DNA from: Verrucomicrobia bacterium UBA3869
GTDB taxonomy: Bacteria > Verrucomicrobiota > Verrucomicrobiia > Opitutales > UBA9783
Length of the DNA stretch: 20,287 nucleotides
Assembly: GCA_002392285.1 (NCBI GenBank)
Contig: DGGR01000014.1
Location: 1 to 20,287, forward strand
Direction: 5' to 3'
Numbering within the stretch: the stretch's first letter is position 1; every line of letters starts with the position of its first letter. The notes below the pieces were generated by a model that searched no databases, was not told the DNA's origin, and saw only the letters and a list, made by a program, of their open reading frames with translations. The translations under genes and the position numbers were made by a program. This document shows, piece by piece, positions 8,136-15,108 of this stretch.

Positions 8136-8584
8136 AAAGCAACGTCAAAATTGGTCGCTTCGAAATTCACTTGAAGCGCATTTTTTCTATCAACCGTTAA
8201 CCATTCCCAAGGGGCGCTTTCAGCCAATCTAAACGTGCCTTTCCATAGGTTTTTGACCGTTAAAGTAGCCCCTGCAAGCGCAAAACTCACCTGCTCGGCA
8301 TAATCGACAAAATCGCTTTTATCGGCAGTTGTAATCGATTGCAACAAGGTGCACTTTAACGCCAAGGTGTCCCAGCAGGGAGCCACCAATGCAGGCAGGG
8401 TTTTTAAGGGAAACGGTAGATCGATAAACAATACATACGGTGCTGTTTGTACCAAGCGCCTTTGAGTCCGTTTTTTGAGCAAAAAATTATTATTTGCAAC
8501 AATCTTGGCTGTTGCATTTAAGTCCGGTTGCTTTTGGAAAAAGCTAACAACTTCTGACTGAATGGCTCGCAAAACAGGCTTCAT
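8132..8584 (-). CDS. putative head-tail joining / neck protein (150 aa)
   Basis: Position is second after the capsid gene, with ATGA coupling at both ends. The N-terminus MKPVLRAIQSEVVSFFQKQPDL...APYVLFIDL loosely resembles the DUF3168/HK97 gp10-like or Mu gp37-like head-tail joining families. Confidence 0.5.
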   Translation of the reverse strand: MKPVLRAIQSEVVSFFQKQPDLNATAKIVANNNFLLKKRTQRRLVQTAPYVLFIDLPFPLKTLPALVAPCWDTLALKCTLLQSITTADKSDFVDYAEQVSFALAGATLTVKNLWKGTFRLAESAPWEWLTVDRKNALQVNFEATNFDVAL

Positions 8585-9006
8585 AATCCTTTTAAGGTTG
8601 ATTGTTTCACATCATGTTCCCGATGATCAACGGCTTCTATACGCGGTTCCCAACGCTTGGCTTGGGTATTCCAATCCGTAAACAACGCATCTAACGTTTT
8701 GCGGGCTTGGTCTGCTGCACGAACCTGATCTTCAGACGCCATAAGCTCAGGCATCCGAGTTTGCAAAACTTCAATCACCAAATGGCAAGCAGCTTGCTTA
8801 CAAGCATCTGGAAGATGATTGGCCTTGATCGGATTAGGTAACCAAGCACTGGGAATCCGTTGCCGTATATAAGCGCATACATCGGCAATAATACCCTGCA
8901 AAATCGTTTCTTTTGGAGTCAGGGCGCTGAGTTGCTCTTCAATCAGATAATCCGATAGGTCGTTAGGTTTTAATTGAATCCACTGTAAGGTAATAGGCTG
9001 TATCAT
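8581..9006 (-). CDS. putative head-tail adaptor (Mu gp36/DUF1320- or gp6-like, 141 aa)
   Basis: First gene after the major capsid gene. The helical N-terminal pattern ...DLSDYLIEEQLSALTPKETILQGIIADVCAYIRQRI resembles head-tail connector/adaptor families. Position and size fit. Confidence 0.5.
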   Translation of the reverse strand: MIQPITLQWIQLKPNDLSDYLIEEQLSALTPKETILQGIIADVCAYIRQRIPSAWLPNPIKANHLPDACKQAACHLVIEVLQTRMPELMASEDQVRAADQARKTLDALFTDWNTQAKRWEPRIEAVDHREHDVKQSTLKGL

Positions 9007-9019
9007 AAAAATGGGTTCG

Positions 9020-9042
9020 ACGGGATGGAGTTACCATCCCGT
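9020..9042 (-). promoter_or_regulatory. perfect 9-bp stem / 5-nt loop RNA hairpin immediately downstream of the capsid gene
   Basis: ACGGGATGG-AGTTA-CCATCCCGT (perfect inverted repeat) lies in the 49-nt gap between the capsid stop (9056) and the next ATG (9006). On the mRNA strand the T-run (ATTTTTATG) begins 8 nt after the stem, so this is not a canonical terminator. Confidence 0.6.
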
Positions 9043-9055
9043 TACACTAATGGGT

Positions 9056-9955
9056 TTAGGCTCCTTGAACTGTCCAATGAATGAGGTTCGTTTTCGAAGT
9101 CACTGCAATCGTCGAGAAGCACTCAACAATGATGTCGGTATACTTAGGCTGTTCTACTAAATATACGCGGAAGAAGTGACCTTCAGGCGACAAGGTTACA
9201 AAGTACTTCAAGTTCGACAAAGCGTCCTTAAACATGGAATCTTCAGCGTAGAAAGCAAAAACACTGTTGTCCTTCAATTGTCCTTGAATGCCTAAGTTGT
9301 TTTGCTTCAAGAGCTGAACTGAATCCATGCGCAAAAACTCTGCTACGGTTTCGCGGGACATTTGAGCGGCGATACGAGCTCCTGCAGTATCTTGTCCAGC
9401 ATAACAATCTTGGCGAATAAACCATGCGGGTTCGGAATAAAGTATGCGATTGGGATAAAATCCATTCTTCTTGCAGGCTTCCATTAACACTTTACGGATA
9501 TCCGTATCCGGAGAAGCTTTTCCCGTCCAGGTTAACTTTCCACCATTGTTTGCGTTTGCAATCAAGGCTTTGATCACGCGACGCAACTCATTGCGATAGA
9601 TTTGCTCTTGCAAGAAATAAACATAACGCATTGGCCAATCTTTCCCGTTGATATCATCGACATCCACACGAACTCCCAATCCCTTATTGAGGGTTTTAGC
9701 AGTGATGGATTCACCTTGGAAATCTATGTATTTAAAGTTGCTGCCTGTTGCGCGAATATCATCTTCTTCCGTGCTAAAGAACTGGTCTGGCGCTGCTTTT
9801 GTGTATTGAAAGTAGCGTGCAACCGGAATGGCTGGCGCAATAAAATTTAAAGTTTTCTTTAAATCTTCATGGTTGTGCGTACTGTTTGCAAATTCAGTAA
9901 GCTCCATCGATAGATGTCCTGTGTTATAAGTGAAATCGTTTGTTTGTGTCGTCAT
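9056..9955 (-). CDS. major capsid protein (HK97-fold expected; lambda gpE / Mu gpT-like size)
   Basis: 299-aa ORF in the canonical slot after the protease/scaffold and the small decoration-like gene. The size matches Mu gpT / Phage_cap_E-type capsid proteins. The assignment rests mainly on synteny. Confidence 0.7.
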   Translation of the reverse strand: MTTQTNDFTYNTGHLSMELTEFANSTHNHEDLKKTLNFIAPAIPVARYFQYTKAAPDQFFSTEEDDIRATGSNFKYIDFQGESITAKTLNKGLGVRVDVDDINGKDWPMRYVYFLQEQIYRNELRRVIKALIANANNGGKLTWTGKASPDTDIRKVLMEACKKNGFYPNRILYSEPAWFIRQDCYAGQDTAGARIAAQMSRETVAEFLRMDSVQLLKQNNLGIQGQLKDNSVFAFYAEDSMFKDALSNLKYFVTLSPEGHFFRVYLVEQPKYTDIIVECFSTIAVTSKTNLIHWTVQGA

Positions 9956-9960
9956 ATCGT

Positions 9961-10389
9961 TTACTTAACGAAGTTTTGAGGTAACGTGGTTAAGGATTCA
10001 ACCAGGGTGCCTTTAGATCCATCGGTTAACGCAATACCAATGAAAAGCATGTCTTTAGTCAGCTTTTTGGCTTTGCCTTCATCTGATAAGCCCAAAGAAT
10101 CTCCAGGCTTAACCTCATCATCAAGTAAAATGCGTGCGCTTTGATCGGTGCAGCTTAACGGCTGAATGGAGATATGCGCATCTTGATCCTTTGTGGGATT
10201 TGCATCCCGTAATGCTATACCGAATGGATATTCTCCCTTACAGCATGCTTTTACATAGTTTTGACTTCCGTCAAAGGTGACCAGCATGCCTTTTGCGATA
10301 GGGTTTTTCTTTACGCTTAACGTAAAGGATCCTCTGTGATAGCCAAATGTATTCTCATTTGCCATAATAATAGTGTTTAGTTGTTTCAT
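9961..10389 (-). CDS. putative head decoration / capsid accessory protein (DUF2190-like)
   Basis: 142-aa beta-rich ORF between the protease and capsid genes. This is the usual location of DUF2190-type decoration proteins in Mu-like/BcepMu-like head modules. An alternative start is the ATG at 10365 (MANENTF...). Confidence 0.5.
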   Translation of the reverse strand: MKQLNTIIMANENTFGYHRGSFTLSVKKNPIAKGMLVTFDGSQNYVKACCKGEYPFGIALRDANPTKDQDAHISIQPLSCTDQSARILLDDEVKPGDSLGLSDEGKAKKLTKDMLFIGIALTDGSKGTLVESLTTLPQNFVK

Positions 10390-10407
10390 AAAATTAATAT
10401 CTATCAG

Positions 10408-11259
10408 TTAAAAGCGTTCTTCGTCTCGTTGAACCGCGCACCAGGCTTCTGGATAGTTTTCGCCTGTTTGTTGCATGCGCTGCATAACCTTTTGCGAAAA
10501 ATCCAAAATGCGCTTTTTATCGCCGCGCGTTTGCTGCCCGTGCAAATTATGCGAATGTGCTTTTCGCTTCGATTTTCGCTTAGAGACCGCCTTGTTTTTG
10601 TCAGCCTTTATTACCTGCTTCTTCGCAACTGGTTTCTTAACAACAGGAGTGCTTTGTGGAGCATCCGGTGCTACCTGAAATAGCCACTGATAGCCTTTGC
10701 GTATCTGCTGCCACATCCGAAGTAACCGATGATAGCAACCTTTTATCAGAGCACATAGCCAGCAATGCGAGGATTTGGCTTTTTGTTGTTTCACCACCCG
10801 TAACTTTTTCAAGCACTCCTGTGCTTCATCGTACGGAATAGGCTCGACCGGTAAATTGGGTTGTTGGGTAAGTCCGACCGACAATAGGTTGATGGGATGG
10901 AAGGTTGACTGATGCGCATCCTTGATCAAAACCCAACGGGGCGATAAGTAAGTATAGACGCGATTAGCAATCAGTTCATAACTGCAGCGATTCCATTTGA
11001 TTTTTACAAACAATCCCTCGTTGTTAACGGTGATGCGTCGCACATACCCATAGACTTTATGCGGTACCGGATTCGCTGGGTTGTTGTACAAGGGATCATC
11101 AGGATGACCAATGTACACCGGAATTTTATCGCAGCGTAAGCGTATTTTTAGGCGCTTGCTTTTGGAGGCACAACGCTTGGCATCCGTAAGTTCTATTGTT
11201 TGTTTCCCATAGGGATGGTTGAACGTACCATAAGGAGATAATTGTATCCAATTTTTCAT
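10408..11259 (-). CDS. prohead protease (Mu gpI-like) fused to a basic scaffold-like C-terminal region
   Basis: The N-terminus MKNWIQLSPYGTFNHPYGK...IPVYIGHPDD...LSPRW...GLTQQPNLP matches my recollection of the Mu-like prophage protein I family (Pfam Mu-like_Pro). It lies directly downstream of the portal. The C-terminal 80 aa are Lys/Arg-rich (VVKKPVAKKQVIKADKNKAVSKRKSKRKAH), in the position of the nested scaffold gpZ of Mu. Confidence 0.7.
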   Translation of the reverse strand: MKNWIQLSPYGTFNHPYGKQTIELTDAKRCASKSKRLKIRLRCDKIPVYIGHPDDPLYNNPANPVPHKVYGYVRRITVNNEGLFVKIKWNRCSYELIANRVYTYLSPRWVLIKDAHQSTFHPINLLSVGLTQQPNLPVEPIPYDEAQECLKKLRVVKQQKAKSSHCWLCALIKGCYHRLLRMWQQIRKGYQWLFQVAPDAPQSTPVVKKPVAKKQVIKADKNKAVSKRKSKRKAHSHNLHGQQTRGDKKRILDFSQKVMQRMQQTGENYPEAWCAVQRDEERF

Positions 11260-11266
11260 AAAAATT

Positions 11267-12508
11267 TTATTTTTGAAGACCTTCCTCAGATTCCGCTACC
11301 GGATGAACGCCCCACTTTTGCAGGGTGTCTTTGACGTCTAGAGGTGGATTAATTCCAAAATGTTCACGGATATCGTTAACGCTGAGCGATACGCCCATAT
11401 CGTAAAGCGTTTTGATAATAGCCAAATCGTTATTCAGGTTCTTGTTAGATGACGATTTGAGCCGGAAATACGCTTTCGGCTGCTTAATGCCTTCAAGGCG
11501 CGATAATACTTCACGATCCACTTGTTCATTCAGGGTCTCTGAAATCCTTTGTGCATCTTCTTCTTCCAAGATATTGTTTTCGTTGCGTTGAAGGGTAACA
11601 CCGGTAGGGTTTTCCTTGCTCGAATTGATTAAGCGGGTACCCAACCATGTCAGATACATAAGATCGTCTATACGTTTGACGAATTCCGGGTAAGGCAATA
11701 CACCTTTGCCGGAAATATCAATGGCCTGGATATCCGTTCCGTGCGACATCACCGCACAAAATTCAGCACTAAAGTTTTTTACCGCATCGCACGCCATATC
11801 CCATTCCTTAGAACCGGGACGCGCTTGTGTAATACCCTTTACACCGGGCATACCATTGCGCTCGCAATAGATGAGCCAATCGCGCAAGGAGAGGTGTTTA
11901 AATAGATAGGCAATAGAGCTGGATTCCATCAATCCATCGCCCGTGGTTACCAACCATTCACCAGGCGTAGTTGGAACCTTTTTATGGGTTTCGGGATCCA
12001 CAAACTGTAACCGACCTCCTTCGTTTTCAAAGAAAAACAGCGGAACAAAGCGAAATTCGGCGGTTAATAACTCGGTATTGTCTTGCTTGAACGGCTTAAA
12101 CACTAGTTCATGCACCGCATATCGTTTGCCAACCGCATCCATCATCTGATGAATGAGCAACGATAAACCGCCATGCTCGTTTTCATCAAACGCATTAACG
12201 CAACTTAGGTTGTTATAAAACTGCTCCAAAATGACCTTTTGACGCATAGCCTCGTCGGAACTATCAAGGGTTAGAATTTCCCAATCGAGACGCGCAATGG
12301 ATTTTTTACGCTTGGAAATAGCGCCCTGTAATACATCGTCCCGTTGCTCAATCGCATCCCAAATCATGGCTGCTTGCTTCAAGCGCCCTGCATGAAAATC
12401 ATCTAAAATTTTAGAAAGCGATTGGGGAGTAAGAGAACGAATGGGGTTCCAGCTTTGCGCACTAAAACGCTCCGTTCGGATAGAGGTGGTATAAATGTTG
12501 GTTTGCAT
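11267..12508 (-). CDS. phage portal protein (Mu gp29 / DUF935-type)
   Basis: 413 aa. The N-terminal segment LSKILDDFHAGRLKQAAMIWDAIEQRDDVLQGAISKRKKSIARLDWEI follows the DUF935 portal pattern (..G....a..L.e.me.rD.hl.s....R..av..l.w.i). It starts 5 nt after the terminase stop. Confidence 0.85.
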   Translation of the reverse strand: MQTNIYTTSIRTERFSAQSWNPIRSLTPQSLSKILDDFHAGRLKQAAMIWDAIEQRDDVLQGAISKRKKSIARLDWEILTLDSSDEAMRQKVILEQFYNNLSCVNAFDENEHGGLSLLIHQMMDAVGKRYAVHELVFKPFKQDNTELLTAEFRFVPLFFFENEGGRLQFVDPETHKKVPTTPGEWLVTTGDGLMESSSIAYLFKHLSLRDWLIYCERNGMPGVKGITQARPGSKEWDMACDAVKNFSAEFCAVMSHGTDIQAIDISGKGVLPYPEFVKRIDDLMYLTWLGTRLINSSKENPTGVTLQRNENNILEEEDAQRISETLNEQVDREVLSRLEGIKQPKAYFRLKSSSNKNLNNDLAIIKTLYDMGVSLSVNDIREHFGINPPLDVKDTLQKWGVHPVAESEEGLQK

Positions 12509-12513
12509 AAAAA

Positions 12514-13860
12514 CTAGAAGGTTAAGCGTTGAATTTGCATAGGGCCTTGGAAAGAAGGTAGGGAAAACGTTTCAGCTGCACAGGAACCGATCGATACTGT
12601 TTGAGCAGCATGAATAGCTAGGGCTAATCCCCAAAAACGATCTGCATGCCCATTGGGTCCGTGTTTAGCGGTTAAACGACCCTGTTCGTCAATTTGCATG
12701 CTGAGTAAGTCCGTTACCAATTCCTCATCAGACGATAAACGCACCATTTGACGATCTACCTGCGCTTTTAAGGCATAGGCCAATTGTTCCTTGGTGTTTT
12801 GGGTAAATTGAATTCCTTCGATTCGGTCGTCTCCAAAACGCTTTTGTGCGCGCTCTAAAAACTGCCGCCCCATACCTGTTTGATCCACACAAACGCGTTG
12901 TACATTAAAGCGGTGGAACAACTGGTCGAAGACCGATTCTTGTTGATCGAACGGTGCATCTTTTAAGCATTGGACGTGGCGTAGATAACACATCTCGTTG
13001 ATTTGTTCTACAATCACAAAGGTGCTTAAATCATTGGTTCGCGCCAAATCGACTCCCATGAGCATAACGCCATCAGAAGTTTGTCTCCAATCTTCAGCCT
13101 CCGAATAGAAACACTTTTGAATTGCCTCGTAGGATAACAGGGAATCGGAATGATCCATGGGCTGACACATGTATTCCTGCAAAAAGCTTTTTTCGGTCGC
13201 ACAGGATTGTTTAATAAAATTGTAATAATCACCAGCATCCATTGCTTGACGGGGATCATCCGGAGGCAATTTGGCTTTTAATTTGTCTAAAAATCCTTGG
13301 TCTAACGCATCCTCTAAGGTTACCCGATGCAGCGAAATTTGTTTGGGATTCCCTTCGTTACGAATTTCCTCTATTAAACGATTGAAGAAGTTATGAGCTC
13401 CGCGATGGGTTGAAATAATCTCCAATTGCCCACCCCAGGTAATTCCGGGATAAGCAATGTTGTACAAGGCTTCCGGATCTTCATGGAGCGCAAATTCATC
13501 AAGGATACGCGATCCTCGCTTTCCTGCCTGTGCATTGACCGCCGACGAAATCAGGGTTAACGTACTTCCATTGCGCAAACGCAACACCGTACGCAAATTC
13601 GAGGCACGCCCCAATAGCTGTTCGTGATACGCTTGATTTAAAATAGCTGCAAAGGATTTGCAGTCGTTCAAAAACAGCTGTGCTTGCTGCAAATCACGCG
13701 AACAAATCCAAACGTGGGTGTTCGCATGGGTTATAGCCTTACGCAACGCCCGATAAGCCGTTGCCCAGGATAAACCAATCTGCCTCGATTTCTCCATTAT
13801 CTTAATCCGGGAAGTATCTTGTATCCACTTCGCTTGATAAGGTAAGAAGAACGTTTTCAT
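12514..13860 (-). CDS. terminase large subunit (ATPase + nuclease)
   Basis: 448 aa. FLPYQAKWIQD...EKSRQIGLSW is a deviant Walker A typical of this terminase family. SRILDEFA is the Walker B. MGVDLA and GHADRFWGLALA are RNase H-like nuclease Asp motifs. Both domains appear intact. Confidence 0.9.
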   Translation of the reverse strand: MKTFFLPYQAKWIQDTSRIKIMEKSRQIGLSWATAYRALRKAITHANTHVWICSRDLQQAQLFLNDCKSFAAILNQAYHEQLLGRASNLRTVLRLRNGSTLTLISSAVNAQAGKRGSRILDEFALHEDPEALYNIAYPGITWGGQLEIISTHRGAHNFFNRLIEEIRNEGNPKQISLHRVTLEDALDQGFLDKLKAKLPPDDPRQAMDAGDYYNFIKQSCATEKSFLQEYMCQPMDHSDSLLSYEAIQKCFYSEAEDWRQTSDGVMLMGVDLARTNDLSTFVIVEQINEMCYLRHVQCLKDAPFDQQESVFDQLFHRFNVQRVCVDQTGMGRQFLERAQKRFGDDRIEGIQFTQNTKEQLAYALKAQVDRQMVRLSSDEELVTDLLSMQIDEQGRLTAKHGPNGHADRFWGLALAIHAAQTVSIGSCAAETFSLPSFQGPMQIQRLTF

Positions 13861-14180
13861 AGTAGGTTTAACTGATCCTCCAGATTGCTCAGCATTTCTT
13901 CCGACAAATCAGATTCCGCTTGCGCATTATTAACCTTGCTACAAACCGCAAATAACTCTCGGTAGTTGTGCAGAAGCTTCGTTAAAATCCCCACAATTTC
14001 TTTGGTTGTACTAAAATTGGCCGATTTAGCATCCACGCATAATTGGTCAAATAAACGCTCCCAAAGCATCCCCATCGATTGCTCAGCAACATGCATTTGC
14101 TCTAATAAGGATGCAGCGTTTTTAGCCCGCTTAATACGCTCTAAATGCTCGTTAAATTCTACTGGGGTTGCGCTTTTCAT
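13857..14180 (-). CDS. small helical protein; small-terminase candidate
   Basis: 107-aa all-helical-looking ORF whose stop overlaps the terminase start (ATGA at 13857-13860). This is the canonical TerS position. I recognise no family. Confidence 0.45.
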   Translation of the reverse strand: MKSATPVEFNEHLERIKRAKNAASLLEQMHVAEQSMGMLWERLFDQLCVDAKSANFSTTKEIVGILTKLLHNYRELFAVCSKVNNAQAESDLSEEMLSNLEDQLNLL

Positions 14181-14427
14181 TTTCTAAAAAATCAATGCCT
14201 TGAGCGGATATTTTGTATCGGTATGCTTGCGGACAAATATCATTGCTTAGCCGCAACACAAATCCCTTGTCTTGCAAATACGCTAGTTCCTTTTCCAACA
14301 AACGCCTGTTCGCCGGCAATCCGTGCAAAAATACACCCTGCTTGAGCGTTTCAATCGGTAACGATACTGGATAGGCTGACTCTAACTGTAACAGGAGGGT
14401 CCTACGTACAAATTCATTTATTTTCAT
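14152..14427 (-). CDS. winged-helix-like DNA-binding protein (regulator or DNA-recognition part of a small terminase)
   Basis: 91 aa. LLLQLESAYPVSLPIETLKQGV...LEKELAYLQDKGFVL...YKISAQGIDFLE has the helix-turn-helix plus beta-wing pattern of PadR/MarR-like wHTH domains. It overlaps the next ORF by 29 nt. Confidence 0.5.
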   Translation of the reverse strand: MKINEFVRRTLLLQLESAYPVSLPIETLKQGVFLHGLPANRRLLEKELAYLQDKGFVLRLSNDICPQAYRYKISAQGIDFLENEKRNPSRI

Positions 14428-14435
14428 AAAATCCC

Positions 14436-14891
14436 TTAACGTTTAAAGTCCACCAACGTATATCCAAAATAGAGCCCCATAATGGCTGACAGAAGGTGCG
14501 TATCGAGCGGGGTAATTACAACTCCGTGCAGCTGAATCCAGGTCAGGTTTTCAACTCCAGAACAAAAGCTAAACAATTTGCGCGTTGTTTTTGTAATCCC
14601 AATCGTAATGGGAATGTTGGGACAAAAAACAGCTACTAGCTTCGGCCATACAATTACAAAAAATACAGCCGATAAGGCGATGATGCGTCGCACTAACTGT
14701 AGACTGGACGTCATACGCGCGCGATGAACCATCGTTGCTTGAACGTTCGAACGCCGCAACGTTAATACACGTTCATAGTGACGTGCCATAAATATAAAAC
14801 TTATCAGGCGCATACTGCTCCCGATTATGGATGACCCCAACAGCGCATACAGCTCAGATGGGATAGGGTTAGCGAACATGTTTTGTGTCAT
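14436..14891 (-). CDS. small integral membrane protein (about 3 predicted TM segments), first gene of the cluster
   Basis: 151 aa with hydrophobic stretches LYALLGSSIIGSSMRLISFIFMA, IIALSAVFFVIVWPKLVAVF and LLSAIMGLYFGYTLV. It ends 8 nt upstream of the next gene. Its function is unknown; holin-like, exclusion or anchoring roles are guesses. Confidence 0.55.
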   Translation of the reverse strand: MTQNMFANPIPSELYALLGSSIIGSSMRLISFIFMARHYERVLTLRRSNVQATMVHRARMTSSLQLVRRIIALSAVFFVIVWPKLVAVFCPNIPITIGITKTTRKLFSFCSGVENLTWIQLHGVVITPLDTHLLSAIMGLYFGYTLVDFKR

Positions 14892-15051
14892 TTTCGCTAT
14901 TATATAAATATTTGTATTATCATTAATGATTAAATGTGATATAATACATAAATTTTTTAAAATTTAACTAAAAAGACTATTTGAGGCTAAATGGTTTTTT
15001 GTCACAGCAAAATCATCAGCAATGCTTATATCGCTTGTTATGCGAACAGAT
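14892..15051 (-). promoter_or_regulatory. strongly AT-rich spacer; probable promoter/operator region of the phage-derived cluster
   Basis: This is the only sizeable non-coding stretch next to the cluster. It contains a perfect 12-bp palindrome ATCATTAATGAT (14919-14930) and an imperfect palindrome ATGTGATATAATACAT (14934-14949). A consensus TATAAT on the minus strand (14899-14904) lies only 7 nt upstream of the ATG at 14891. I found no convincing -35. Confidence 0.4.
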
Positions 15052-15075
15052 AAAAACAGCCCCAACAATGGGGCT
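15052..15075 (-). terminator. rho-independent terminator of the dnaA-orf155-orf388 operon
   Basis: Minus-strand RNA reads AGCCCCA-UUGU-UGGGGCU-G-UUUUU. That is a 7-bp GC-rich stem, a 4-nt loop and a U-run, about 33 nt after the stop at 15109. Confidence 0.75.
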
Positions 15076-15108
15076 TAATTAGAACAAACAATAGGGGCTA
15101 GTAGCCGT

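Larger units (their letters stand above)
5172..14891 (-). mobile_element. phage-derived head/DNA-packaging gene cluster (GTA-like, satellite-like or defective prophage; no integrase or att seen)
   Basis: There are 14 co-oriented ORFs with gaps from -29 to +49 nt and three ATGA stop/start overlaps. Terminase, portal, protease/scaffold, capsid and neck genes lie in canonical order. The cluster is bounded by lspA (6 bp away) and by the terminator of the dnaA operon plus an AT-rich spacer. Confidence 0.7.

Noticed and set aside
14892-15051. AT-rich spacer as the oriC DNA-unwinding element
   Set aside because: It is close to dnaA and very AT-rich. However, I found no DnaA-box matches better than 6/9 within or beside it, and it sits exactly at the 5' end of the cluster. 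A promoter or operator role is the simpler reading. Deciding this would need GC-skew and PWM scans.
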